The notes: generated by a model from the letters alone, not told the origin. 64,000 nt of DNA from Vicinamibacterales bacterium (GCA_036556425.1 DATBJJ010000025.1:10717-74716); one strand, 5' to 3'; counted from the stretch's first letter, positions 46,999 through 56,715 are shown. Made by a program: numbers and translations.

Positions 46999-48027
46999 AT
47001 GATCGATCTCACCGCGGCGCCGCGGACCGATCCGTCCTCTCTCTATCGAACCCGCGACGAGCTCTACGCCGACGATCTGCTGATCGCCGCGCTGAACGGC
47101 GTCGATTTCTTCACGTGGCTCGACGGCCGCCCGGCGACCATCGACGAGATCGCGCGCCACTTCGGATTCCACGCGCGGCCCGTCGACGTGATGACCACGC
47201 TGTTCGTGGCGAAGGGTCTGCTCGAGCGCGACGGCGATCGCGTGAGGCTCACCGATGTCGCGCGCGAGCACCTCGTCTCGACGTCGCGGTGGTTTCTCGG
47301 TCCGTATTTCCCGCCGGTCACCGATCGTCCGATCGCCGCCGACCTCCTCGAGATCCTGCGCACGGATCGTCCGGCGAAGTTCGCGAGCCGGAAAGACACC
47401 GCGGACTGGCACAGGGCCATGGAGACCGAGCGGTTCGCGCAGGAATTCACGGCGGCCATGGATCGGCGAGGGCAACTGCTCGCGCAGGCGCTCGCGAAGA
47501 ACCTCGACCTCGGAGGCCGTCAGCGTCTGCTCGATGTCGCGGGCGGATCCGGCGTCTACGCGTGCGGGTTCGCCGCGCGATTCCCGGCGCTGCGTGCGTC
47601 GGTCCTCGAGAAGGCTCCTGTCGATCGCATCGCGTCCCGCGCGATTGCCGATCGCGGCTTCAGCAGCCGCATCGACGTGGTCGTCAGCGACATGCTCGCC
47701 GATCCTTTGCCCGCCGGCTACGACGTGCACCTGATGTCGAACGTGCTGCACGACTGGGACGTGCCGATCGTCCGCCGTTTGCTCGAGTCGTCCGCGCGCG
47801 CGCTCGCGCCCGGCGGCCTGATCGTCATCCACGACGCGTTCCTGAATGCTGACAAGACCGGACCACCCAACATCGCTGCGTACTCGGTTCTGCTGGTGCA
47901 CGTGACGCAGGGCCGCTGCTACTCGACGCGCGAGATGGACGCCTTCCTTCGCGAGGCAGGATTCGGCGAGACACGAGAAGTGCCGAGCGCGGTCGGCCGG
48001 AGCGCCATCGTCGGAACGAAGAGCTAA
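46999..48027 (+). CDS. SAM-dependent O-methyltransferase with N-terminal dimerisation (wHTH) domain
   Basis: LLDVAGGSG motif I, SNVLHDW, LAPGG.I.I.D; FTAAM helix. Confidence 0.9.
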   Translation: MIDLTAAPRTDPSSLYRTRDELYADDLLIAALNGVDFFTWLDGRPATIDEIARHFGFHARPVDVMTTLFVAKGLLERDGDRVRLTDVAREHLVSTSRWFLGPYFPPVTDRPIAADLLEILRTDRPAKFASRKDTADWHRAMETERFAQEFTAAMDRRGQLLAQALAKNLDLGGRQRLLDVAGGSGVYACGFAARFPALRASVLEKAPVDRIASRAIADRGFSSRIDVVVSDMLADPLPAGYDVHLMSNVLHDWDVPIVRRLLESSARALAPGGLIVIHDAFLNADKTGPPNIAAYSVLLVHVTQGRCYSTREMDAFLREAGFGETREVPSAVGRSAIVGTKS

Positions 48028-48042
48028 GAACGCTCTTCGTTC

Positions 48043-48741
48043 TCAGTTCGCATCGAAGACGCCTTCGCCGATGCGTTCGACCAGCTCGGCGAGCGATGCG
48101 ACGCGGGTGCAGTCGACATCGCCGCGTAGGCCGGTTTCGTCGAGCAGGACCGGCCGCACGCCCGCGGCGCGGGCGCCGACGACGTCGACTTGATAGAGAT
48201 CGCCGACGTGGATCGTGGAATCGGCGGTCGCCTGCACGCGATCGAGGGCGATCTGGAAGAGGCGCGGATCCGGCTTCTCCACGCCTTCCTCACACGAATC
48301 GATCACGCAATCGAACATCGCGCGCAGGCCGATCCGATCCATGTGCGCTCGAAGCGTGCCGTTCGCGTTCGAGACGACCACCAGCGTGAGGCCGCGGCTG
48401 CGCATCGCGCTCAGCGCGGGGCGGACCTCATCGGGCACGTGCTCCCACAGATTGTTCGCTTGATGGTACGCGTGCAGCTCGGCGAGCGCCGCCGCGGTCC
48501 GCGGCGATCGCGGAATGCCGGCATGCGCGAGGATCAGATCGAAGAACAACCACCCGCGTCCCGCGTCGGTCGTCGTGCCGATCGTGCGCTGGTCGTCGAG
48601 CTGCTTTCGCGCTTTCGGCTCCGCGCGCGCGAGCGCGTCGGCGGGCACGTGAACACCATGCCGTGCCAACGCCTCTTCGATCCGATGCCAGTTCGGAAAC
48701 AGGAGGACGCCGCCGGCGTCGAGGAAGACTGTTTTCAGCAT
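48043..48741 (-). CDS. HAD-superfamily hydrolase (subfamily IA)
   Basis: VFLDAGGVL motif I, VVSN, EKPDPRLF, HVGD...DVVGA. Confidence 0.92.
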   Translation of the reverse strand: MLKTVFLDAGGVLLFPNWHRIEEALARHGVHVPADALARAEPKARKQLDDQRTIGTTTDAGRGWLFFDLILAHAGIPRSPRTAAALAELHAYHQANNLWEHVPDEVRPALSAMRSRGLTLVVVSNANGTLRAHMDRIGLRAMFDCVIDSCEEGVEKPDPRLFQIALDRVQATADSTIHVGDLYQVDVVGARAAGVRPVLLDETGLRGDVDCTRVASLAELVERIGEGVFDAN

Positions 48742-48817
48742 TGCTGATTGCAGATTGTAGATTGCGAATTGGTTGGAACGCGACCCGGCAAGTGGCAATC
48801 TGCAATCTGCAATTGAT
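48742..48817. repeat. Inverted pair of 7-nt tandem arrays (CAGATTG / CAATCTG)
   Basis: GCTGATTG CAGATTG TAGATTG CGAATTG, roughly 24-nt spacer, CAATCTG CAATCTG CAAT; fills the gap between permease stop and HAD start. Confidence 0.85.
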
Positions 48818-51199
48818 TCATTCGCGAAGCGCGTCCACCGGATCGACCTTGGACGCGCGCCGCACGGGCACGAGGCACGCGAACGCGGCGACGGCGGCGA
48901 GGACGAGCGGCACCGTGCCGAACGTCATCGGATCGTGCACGGAGACGTCGAACACCAGCGTCCGCATGAAGCGTGACAGCACGAATGCCGCGCCGAGCCC
49001 AGCCGCGATTCCGATCGCCGTGACGAGCGCCGCTTGCCCCGCGATCGATCGAACGATCCGCGACGGCGCCGCGCCGAGGGCCATGCGGACGCCGATCTCC
49101 CGGCGGCGCGCCGCAACCAACTGCGCGAGCACTCCGTGCAGCCCCAGGCTCGCGAGGAGCAGCGCGGTGCCCGCGAACAGCGCCAACAGGATCATGTTGA
49201 GCCGCGGTTGTGAAATCGAACGCGCGATCACCTGGGACAAGGGACGCACGAGGTACATCGCGCGCGTCGGCTCGATCTCGCGCAGCGCGGCGCGAACGGC
49301 GGTCGCCGTCACGGGCTTCGCGGGATCGCTGCGAATCATGTACACGGGATCCGGCCAGTAGGCGGAGGATCCGCAGAAGTAGATCGTCGGATCCGGCGCC
49401 TTCATGACGCTGCGCTCGCGCACGTCGCCGACGATGCCGACGATCTCGATGGCGGTGCCGGCCGGCAGGCCCGTGGCGGTGACCGATTGGCCGATCGGCG
49501 TGCCCGAGGGAAAGAACCGGTTCACGAACTCGCGCGAGACGACTGCTTTTTGCACGGCGGGCAACGACGCCGCGGCGCTGCAGATCGTGCCTTCGAGGAG
49601 GGGAATCCGAAGCGTGCGGAAGTAGTTGGGACTCACCGTGCGCAGCGTCCCGAAGGTCCGCTCGCGATCGTCGCGGCCGATGATGCGGAATTCGGTCGGC
49701 GGAAAGTCGGAGTCCGCCGGCAGCCATTGCGAGAAGGCCGCAGAGAGCACGCCGGGAATCGCCTCGAGGCGCTCGATCGTCCGCGCGTGGCGCTCGGCGA
49801 CCGCCTCGGGGCGCTCGCTCCACTGCGCCGTCATCCTGAACGTGAGGACGTCGCTCGCATCGAAGCCCGGCGAGGTCGCCTGCAGCCGCGCGAAGCTCCG
49901 GATCAGCAAGCCGGCGCCGGCAAGCAGGACGATCGCCAATCCGACCTGCGCGGCGACGAGCGCTCGCTGGAGCACGTGGCGTCCGCCGACGTACGACCGT
50001 CCGCCGCGCGAGAGCGCCTCCCCCGGATCGCGGCGCGTCGCGTGCAGCGCCGGCGCGAGCGCGAAGAGCAGCGTCGAGAGCACGCCGAGCGACAACGTCA
50101 TCGCGACGAGCCGGCCGTCGATGCGAATGTCGTTGACGGCTGGAAGTCCCGTCGGCGTCGTGTTGAATGCGCCGATCGCCCAGTAGGCGATGACCAGACC
50201 GAGCGTCGCGCCGGCGCCGGCGAGCAGGGCGCCCTCCATCAGCAGCTGACGGATCACTTGCCCGCGGCTCGCGCCGATCGCAAAGCGCACCGCGACCTCA
50301 TGCCCACGCCGCGTCGAGTCGGCGAGCATGAGGCACGCGACGTTGCCGCACGCGGCAACCAACACGAGCGCGACGGCGCCCATCAGAAACCAGAGCGATC
50401 GCCGCACGCCGCCGACGGTTTCATCGGCCAGCGTGAGGATCTCGACACCCCACCCTTTGTCCGTCTCGGGAAAGCGCTCGCCGAGCCGCGCTTGAATCGC
50501 GTCGAGATCCGCGCGCGCCTGCTCGATCGAGACGCCGGGCTTCAGCCGTCCGATTGAGGTGTAGAACCGCGCCTGCCGCGCGCTCGCGAGCCCGGGCGAC
50601 ATCTGCACCGGTATCCACACCTTCGTGGTCGCGCTCGGATATCGGAACGACGGCGGCATGACCGCAACGATCGTGCGGCTCGTGCTCCCCAGCTGCCAGG
50701 TGCGCCCGACGATCGCCGGATCCGCGCCGAAGCGTTCGCGCCAGACGGTATCGCTGATGACGACCGCTCGCGGTCCGCCCACGCGTCCTTCATCATCGGT
50801 TGGCCAACGGCCGAGCGCCGGCGCTGCGCCCAGTACCTGGAAGAATCGCGGCGACACGTTCATCGCATCGATGCGCTCCGGCGCCGCGGCGGTCGTGTCG
50901 GTGAGATTCTCGAAATAGCTGCCGGCGATGCCGTCGAACGACACCGTCGCCTCGTTCCACTCCGCGAGCCGCACCGGCGCGACGAGCTGCGTCGCCCCTC
51001 GCTGCGCCTTGTTCAGCTCGTAGACCTTCACGAGCCGTCCGGCGTCGGGATACGGCAGCGGCTTGAGGAGCACCGCATCGACGGCGGAGAAGATGGCGGA
51101 ATTCGCGCCGATGCCCAGCGCGAGCGTGAGGATGATCGTTGCCGACAAGCCTCGCCGGCGGATCAGGGATCGCAGCGCGGCGCGCCACTCGTGGCTCAT
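48818..51199 (-). CDS. ADOP-type duplicated ABC permease
   Basis: LALGIGANSAIFSAVDAVLLKPLPYPD, ACGNVACLML, RRREIGVRMALGA, ends DPVDALRE; AAGGAG RBS. Confidence 0.93.
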   Translation of the reverse strand: MSHEWRAALRSLIRRRGLSATIILTLALGIGANSAIFSAVDAVLLKPLPYPDAGRLVKVYELNKAQRGATQLVAPVRLAEWNEATVSFDGIAGSYFENLTDTTAAAPERIDAMNVSPRFFQVLGAAPALGRWPTDDEGRVGGPRAVVISDTVWRERFGADPAIVGRTWQLGSTSRTIVAVMPPSFRYPSATTKVWIPVQMSPGLASARQARFYTSIGRLKPGVSIEQARADLDAIQARLGERFPETDKGWGVEILTLADETVGGVRRSLWFLMGAVALVLVAACGNVACLMLADSTRRGHEVAVRFAIGASRGQVIRQLLMEGALLAGAGATLGLVIAYWAIGAFNTTPTGLPAVNDIRIDGRLVAMTLSLGVLSTLLFALAPALHATRRDPGEALSRGGRSYVGGRHVLQRALVAAQVGLAIVLLAGAGLLIRSFARLQATSPGFDASDVLTFRMTAQWSERPEAVAERHARTIERLEAIPGVLSAAFSQWLPADSDFPPTEFRIIGRDDRERTFGTLRTVSPNYFRTLRIPLLEGTICSAAASLPAVQKAVVSREFVNRFFPSGTPIGQSVTATGLPAGTAIEIVGIVGDVRERSVMKAPDPTIYFCGSSAYWPDPVYMIRSDPAKPVTATAVRAALREIEPTRAMYLVRPLSQVIARSISQPRLNMILLALFAGTALLLASLGLHGVLAQLVAARRREIGVRMALGAAPSRIVRSIAGQAALVTAIGIAAGLGAAFVLSRFMRTLVFDVSVHDPMTFGTVPLVLAAVAAFACLVPVRRASKVDPVDALRE

Positions 51200-51257
51200 G
51201 TCAGTCGCTCCTTCGGGAGCTTTGACGGGAAGGACGGGGCGGGGGTTGGCCGGCGCG

Positions 51258-52115
51258 TCAGTTCAACGAGAAGCACCAGGTTGGGCCGTGGAACCAGCAT
51301 CCGGCGCCCGAATCGTGCATGTCGCGGCGCAGCCGGGAGAGCCGTGGAAACGGCGCGCGCTGCAGCGCGGCCCCGAGCTGGGCATTCAGGTCGTCGTCGC
51401 GCAATCCAACGGCGGAGAAGATGGCCACGAATCCAATCACGCTCGCCTGAAACGATCCGTCGTCTCCTTTTCTGAGCAGGATTTGCGGGCCTTTTCCAAT
51501 GGGTCCCGATCCTGGGAACGAGGCGGTCAACGGCAGAACGAGACGGCCGCCGGACACGACGGCGTCGAGCCATGCGTCGCGCGGATGCGTGACGCCGGCG
51601 TTCACGAGCATTGCGTCGAGCGGTTCGTCGCACGCGCCGGCCGCGTCGCCATGGCGGACGTCGATCCACGGATACGTCGCGAGATTCATGCGCGCGGCGG
51701 CCGCGAGCGTTTCGTCGACTTCGATGCCGACGACGCATCCGGATGGTCCGACCATCTCCGCGATGAGCGCCGTGTAGTAGCCGGTCGCCGTTCCGATGTG
51801 CATGACGCGGCTTCCGGCGCCGAGCGAAAGCTTGTCGATCGCCGACGCGATCAGCGCCGGCGCGCCGTTGAACAGTTGACGCGACGAATCGATCGCGATC
51901 GCGTAGTTGTGATACGTCCACCGCGGGTCGGCGTCCGGCGTCTGCCGCGCCGGCCCCATCATGTCGATCTCGGACCGGACGGTCCACGGTCCCGTTCCGA
52001 GAAACGCCTCGCGTGGTACCGTGGCGATGGCGTCGACCAGCGCCTTGTTCGAGATGTTCGCCACGGCCTCGATCTCTTCGGCGAAGAATCGCCGCCGGGT
52101 GTGCAGATCGCTCAT
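51258..52115 (-). CDS. Protein-L-isoaspartate O-methyltransferase (PIMT/PCM)-like protein with extended C-terminus
   Basis: AIATVPREAFL, NGAP, RVMHIGTATGYYTALIAEMVG, VGIEVD, GDA, GGRLVLP; true start ATG 52115 overlaps upstream stop (ATGA). Confidence 0.88.
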   Translation of the reverse strand: MSDLHTRRRFFAEEIEAVANISNKALVDAIATVPREAFLGTGPWTVRSEIDMMGPARQTPDADPRWTYHNYAIAIDSSRQLFNGAPALIASAIDKLSLGAGSRVMHIGTATGYYTALIAEMVGPSGCVVGIEVDETLAAAARMNLATYPWIDVRHGDAAGACDEPLDAMLVNAGVTHPRDAWLDAVVSGGRLVLPLTASFPGSGPIGKGPQILLRKGDDGSFQASVIGFVAIFSAVGLRDDDLNAQLGAALQRAPFPRLSRLRRDMHDSGAGCWFHGPTWCFSLN

Positions 52116-52588
52116 CGCTCGCTCCTCGGCCGCTTCTTGCCGGTCGTCGCCGTTGGTTTCGCGCGCCGGCGGACGACCTCCGCGATCTCCGGGCCCAACT
52201 TCGCGACGTTGACCGGTTGTTCCCACAGATACGCGCCGCGATTCGGACCGCCCGCGAGGAAGCGCGCCTCTCCCGCTTCGTTCAGGCGTTTGAGAACGGT
52301 ATGAATCGCCGCGAGCGGAACGGAGTACTTCGAGAGGTCGAAGCCGATGCCGAGCAGGCGGTCGCGGACGTCGGTTGCGCTCATCGGCCGTCCGCTGCGC
52401 AGCACGATGCGGCAGGCGTCGGTGAGTCCCCACGGCACCGTCGGCGTCAGCCCGCACAATCGCGAGAGCGTGCTGATTGTCTGTGCGAGATCGGTCAGCC
52501 GTTTGTCGATCTTCTGCCGCTCGGCGCCCAACGATTCGTATTCCGCGATGGCCGCGTCGAGCGCCCGCCGGTACTCCTCGGTCGTCAT
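52112..52588 (-). CDS. Hypothetical protein: N-terminal coiled coil plus winged helix-turn-helix-like domain
   Basis: Heptad helix (res 5-44), then GLTDACRIVLRSGRPMSATDVRDRL...AIHTVLKRL..GE wHTH-like pattern; basic tail. Confidence 0.72.
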   Translation of the reverse strand: MTTEEYRRALDAAIAEYESLGAERQKIDKRLTDLAQTISTLSRLCGLTPTVPWGLTDACRIVLRSGRPMSATDVRDRLLGIGFDLSKYSVPLAAIHTVLKRLNEAGEARFLAGGPNRGAYLWEQPVNVAKLGPEIAEVVRRRAKPTATTGKKRPRSER

Positions 52589-52624
52589 ACAATAAGTTAT
52601 ACATTATGTGTAAATTGTTGTCTA
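52589..52624 (-). promoter_or_regulatory. sigma70 promoter with overlapping AT-rich dyad; probably a leaderless transcript
   Basis: Minus strand TAGACA-N17-TATAAC with TG extension, 7 nt before ATG 52588, no SD; dyad TTACACAT-A-ATGTATAA flanked by ACAAT/ATTGT. Confidence 0.75.
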
Positions 52625-53743
52625 CTTCCGGCTGAAGCCGGAAGCCACGCGTCCGCAGCGCACGACCTGCAGAATCAGCAATGCGATCGCGCTGACGAGC
52701 ACCGTCGTCAGGCCCAGCGCTAGCGAGCCGGTCCAATCCGAGACGATGCCGACCAGCCAGGGTAAGAGCGCCGCCCCCGCGGAGCCGAGCGCGACCATCG
52801 GGCCCGCGTATCGCGCGGGGAACTCGTGCGCGAGCGCGGCGACGGTGACGGGAAAGACCGGCGAAAACCCGAGGCCGCAGATCGCGGCCAGCGGCAGGAT
52901 CAACGAGCGCTGCGGAGCGATGAGCAGAATCGCGATGCCGGCGACAACGACGACGCAGCCGCCGAAGAGCGCGCGCGTCTCCATGCGGCGCGCGAGGAGA
53001 ATCGCGACAAGCGCGCGTCCTCCGGTCACGCCTCCCCAGAACGCCGACGCCGCCACTTCCCAACCTTCGCCCTCGCCGACCGGGCCGAGCCGCCGCGCGT
53101 ACTCGGTGATCCATCCGCCAATCGCGGCTTCGCTGCCCGAATAGAGCGCGATGCACCCGCCGAAGATCGCGAGCCTGACGAGCGCCGGCCCTTGCGATCC
53201 AGACGCGGCGGCGATGTGAGCGTCCTCGCGTGGAAACGGAACGCGGACGACGGCTGCGGCCATCGCGACGAGGAGGGCGGATACGGCAAAGAGCGCCGCC
53301 GGGATCGCGCCGCGCGCGGACGACACCGTCACGGCGATCGGCCATATCGCGGCGCCGATTCCCCAGCAGAGATTCACGGCGCCGAGCGCCGCGGCCGAGC
53401 GCTCGGGCGCGAGCCGCGCGCTCATCAGGTTCGTGGTCGGGATCACGAAACCCAATCCAAGTCCGGCGATCGCCATGCCGATCGCGCCGATGACGTGGCC
53501 GCCGGCAGCGACCGCCGTCACGCCGGCCGCCATCGACGCGTGGCCGATGAGCAGCGTCGGTCCCACGCCGATGCGCGCCGCGATCGCCCCCGACACCGCG
53601 CCGCCCGTCAGCCCGCCGGCGAACTGAATGGTGAACAACGCGCCTGCATCGACATCGGACAGGCGCCAGCGGGCGGTCAGCCACGGGATGAGCGGGCCAA
53701 GGAGCGTGTTGACGACGCCGGTGAGGAGGAATCCCGCGAACAA
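52622..53743 (-). CDS. MFS transporter (FucP/TsgA-like, probable sugar permease); start uncertain
   Basis: About 12 hydrophobic segments, LGPLIP, GIGAAIWP, LYSGSEAAIGGWI, PVFP; frame remains open upstream of TTG 53743. Confidence 0.85.
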   Translation of the reverse strand: MFAGFLLTGVVNTLLGPLIPWLTARWRLSDVDAGALFTIQFAGGLTGGAVSGAIAARIGVGPTLLIGHASMAAGVTAVAAGGHVIGAIGMAIAGLGLGFVIPTTNLMSARLAPERSAAALGAVNLCWGIGAAIWPIAVTVSSARGAIPAALFAVSALLVAMAAAVVRVPFPREDAHIAAASGSQGPALVRLAIFGGCIALYSGSEAAIGGWITEYARRLGPVGEGEGWEVAASAFWGGVTGGRALVAILLARRMETRALFGGCVVVVAGIAILLIAPQRSLILPLAAICGLGFSPVFPVTVAALAHEFPARYAGPMVALGSAGAALLPWLVGIVSDWTGSLALGLTTVLVSAIALLILQVVRCGRVASGFSRK

Positions 53744-53886
53744 CGATGCAAACGTCGTCGCTGCAAAGCTGCGGGGCGCCGGATCGCTCGTGCCGAATCG
53801 ACTGGTCAGCGTCTTGAATGCTACTTCGCCGCCCGCGGGCCGGCAAAACAGATGAGTCGCGGGCGACGCTGTGAGAGGAGGAGTCC

Positions 53887-56712
53887 ATGCGAGTGTGGTG
53901 CTCAGTTTGTGTGACCGTTGCGCTCACGCTTGCCGGCGGCCTCGCGGTAGCGCGAGACACCGCCGCTCAAGGAACCGCGGCCACCATTCAAGGGACGATC
54001 GTCGACGACGCCGGACCATTGCCAGGCGCCACGATCGTCGCGAAAGACGTGCAGAGCGGCTTCGTCTTCGAGACGGTCGCCGCCTCGGACGGCACGTTTT
54101 CACTCTCGGGCCTGCGGCCGGCCAGCTACGAAATCACCGTGGCCATGAATCAGTACAAGCCGCAATCGAAGACCGTTCAGGTCTCGGTCGGCCAATCGCT
54201 GACGGTGAACTTCAAAGTCTCGCCCGACGTGCTCTACACCGAGCAGGTGCAGGTCGTCGGTGACTCGCGGCTCGTCGAGACGCGCACGTCGGAGATCTCG
54301 ACGACGGTGACGAGCGAGCAGGTGCGATTCCTTCCGCAGAATCAACGCAACTTCCTGAATTTCGCCGCGCTCGCGCCTGGCGCCCGCGTCTCCGACAACG
54401 AGGTGCGCAAGCAGGTCACCGGCGGCGGGCTCGATGCGACGCAGATCAACGTGTTCATCGACGGCGTCAGCTACAAGAACGACGTGCTCGACGGCGGCGT
54501 TGTCGGCCAGGACTCGAGCCGAGGATCGCCATTCCCCCAAACGGCGGTCCAGGAGTTCCAGGTCCTGACGCAGAACTACAAGGCAGAGCACGAGAAGGCC
54601 TCGAGCCTGGTGATCAGCGCCGTGACCAAGAGCGGCGGGAACCGGTGGTCGGGCGAGGGCTTCGTCTTGTATCAGAACAAGGATCTCGTGAGCAACGAGT
54701 ACTTCGCCGAGCGCCGCGGCGATCCGAAGCCGACCTACAAACGATTCCAGCCGGGTCTGGCCATCGGCGGCCCGATCGTCAAGGATCGCGCGCAGGTTTT
54801 CTCATCCTACGAGGAGAACCGGCAGGATCGCGCGAACCGCGTGTTCCTCGGCACGACCCCTTTCCCCGCAAGCCTGAACTTCCTGCGCGACTACGAAGGA
54901 ACGTTCGTCAGTCCGTTTCGCGAGAAGCTGTTCTTCGGCAAGGCGACGATACAGCCGCGGCCGGGTCAGTCGGCCGAAGCCAGCTACAGCCTCCGCAACG
55001 AGACGGATGTCCGGAGCTTCGGCGGGCAAACGAGCTTCCAGTCGGCCGAAAACGTACGCAATCGCGTGGATTCCGCGTCGGGACGATGGGTGGCGACCGG
55101 GAGCCGCATGCTCAACGAGGCGACCCTCACCTACCAGCGATCGAACTGGAACCCGGAGCCGGAAAACATCTCCGACGTCGGTCTGAACTACATCTCGGTG
55201 ATGCGGATCGGCGGCCGCGACACGACGCAGGATTTCATCCAGACTCGCGTCTCGCTCCGCGACGACTACACGCGCTTCGTCCAATGGAGGGGCGCGCACA
55301 CGATCAAAACGGGCGCGGTGTTCAGTTTTCTCAAGTACGAGGTGGCCAAGCTGTTCAACGGAAATCCAGTGTTCGAGTTCAGGCAGGACGAATCGTTCGC
55401 GTTCCCGTTCCAAGCGCGGTATGGCGTCGGGAATCCCGATCTGAGCACCAAGAACCGGCAGGTCGGGTTCTTCGTGCAAGACGATTGGACGGCCGCTCCG
55501 AGGCTGACCATCAACGCCGGCGTACGATGGGACTACGAGTCGGACATGCTCAACAACGACTACGTGACGCCCGAGCTGGTGCGCCAGGCGACGGCGCCGT
55601 TCGTCGACGGCGGCCGGTACTTCACGGACGGGAACGACCGGCCCCCGTTCTACGGCGCCTGGCAGCCGCGGGTCGGCCTCTCGTACGATCTCACCGGCAG
55701 CGGGAAGCACGTCGTCTTCGGCGGCTACGGCCGCTACTACGATCGCGTCATCTACAACGCGGGCCTCGACGAGCGCTTCCGCCTACAGTATGCGGTGCGA
55801 ACGTTCCAGTTCTCGCTCGACGGCGCGCCGCGCAACGGGCAGCCGACGATCATCTGGAACCCGTCGTATCAGAGCGTGACCGGACTGAACGGATTGATCG
55901 CGGCCGGCGTCGCGCCAACTCCGGAAGTGTTCCTGATCGACAACCGCACCAAGCCGCCCGTCGCCGACCAGTTCAACACCGGCGTACGGACGAGCGTCAA
56001 AGGCATCCTGCTGAGCGGGAACTACGCGGGAATTCGCGCCCGCAACTTTCTCACGTTCCTCTTCGGGAATCGCCGCGCGGATGGCACGTGCTGCCAGACG
56101 ATCCCTGGTGTGTTCACGAACATTCTCGTGTCCGACACGGGCCGGAAGAACTGGTTCGACGCGGTCTATCTGACGGCGGAGAAGCCGTTCGACAAGCGCT
56201 GGGGCTTCCGCGTGAACTACACGCTCGGTCAGGCCGAGGCGATCGGCGGCGATCTCTTCAGCCTCGATTACCGCAGGGTCGAAGATTATCCTCGCCACCC
56301 GTCGTCGACGGATGAACGCCATCGCCTCGTCATCACCGGCATCGTCGGCCTGCCGGCCGACTTCGTGCTGAGCACGTTCACGACGCTCGCGTCGGGCTTG
56401 GGCTACACCATCGTGGACAATTCGCAGGGGTCGGGCATCGACCAGCGGCGCGTGCTGCTCTTTGCCGGACGCCCGCCGGACACGTGGAACTACAAGTCGA
56501 TGGATCTTCGCGTCGAAAAGATCTTCCGGTTGCGTCAGCAGCAGGCGTCCGTCGCGTTCGAGGGATTCAACATGTTCAACGCGACGAACTTCGGCTGCTA
56601 CAACGGCACGATCTCCGTGCTGCCGGCGGTGAATCCGAACTTCGGCGTGCCTTCGTGCACGGTGGACAACAGCAGCCGGCGGTTGCAGTTCGGCGTCCGT
56701 TATGCTTTTTGA
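53887..56712 (+). CDS. TonB-dependent receptor
   Basis: Signal peptide, GTIVDDAGPLPGATI, LPQNQRNFLNFA, NYKAEHEKASS.VISAVTKSG, FVQDDW, ends VRYAF; GAGGAGGAG RBS. Confidence 0.94.
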   Translation: MRVWCSVCVTVALTLAGGLAVARDTAAQGTAATIQGTIVDDAGPLPGATIVAKDVQSGFVFETVAASDGTFSLSGLRPASYEITVAMNQYKPQSKTVQVSVGQSLTVNFKVSPDVLYTEQVQVVGDSRLVETRTSEISTTVTSEQVRFLPQNQRNFLNFAALAPGARVSDNEVRKQVTGGGLDATQINVFIDGVSYKNDVLDGGVVGQDSSRGSPFPQTAVQEFQVLTQNYKAEHEKASSLVISAVTKSGGNRWSGEGFVLYQNKDLVSNEYFAERRGDPKPTYKRFQPGLAIGGPIVKDRAQVFSSYEENRQDRANRVFLGTTPFPASLNFLRDYEGTFVSPFREKLFFGKATIQPRPGQSAEASYSLRNETDVRSFGGQTSFQSAENVRNRVDSASGRWVATGSRMLNEATLTYQRSNWNPEPENISDVGLNYISVMRIGGRDTTQDFIQTRVSLRDDYTRFVQWRGAHTIKTGAVFSFLKYEVAKLFNGNPVFEFRQDESFAFPFQARYGVGNPDLSTKNRQVGFFVQDDWTAAPRLTINAGVRWDYESDMLNNDYVTPELVRQATAPFVDGGRYFTDGNDRPPFYGAWQPRVGLSYDLTGSGKHVVFGGYGRYYDRVIYNAGLDERFRLQYAVRTFQFSLDGAPRNGQPTIIWNPSYQSVTGLNGLIAAGVAPTPEVFLIDNRTKPPVADQFNTGVRTSVKGILLSGNYAGIRARNFLTFLFGNRRADGTCCQTIPGVFTNILVSDTGRKNWFDAVYLTAEKPFDKRWGFRVNYTLGQAEAIGGDLFSLDYRRVEDYPRHPSSTDERHRLVITGIVGLPADFVLSTFTTLASGLGYTIVDNSQGSGIDQRRVLLFAGRPPDTWNYKSMDLRVEKIFRLRQQQASVAFEGFNMFNATNFGCYNGTISVLPAVNPNFGVPSCTVDNSSRRLQFGVRYAF

Positions 56713-56715
56713 ACC

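Noticed and set aside
48818-52588. RiPP biosynthetic cluster around the PIMT homolog
   Set aside because: No precursor peptide, lasso cyclase, ATP-grasp or lanthipeptide synthetase is visible.
51258-53960. 900-aa ORF suggesting a large methyltransferase fusion
   Set aside because: Only the last 285 aa are PIMT-like; the rest overlaps the MFS and wHTH genes in other frames.
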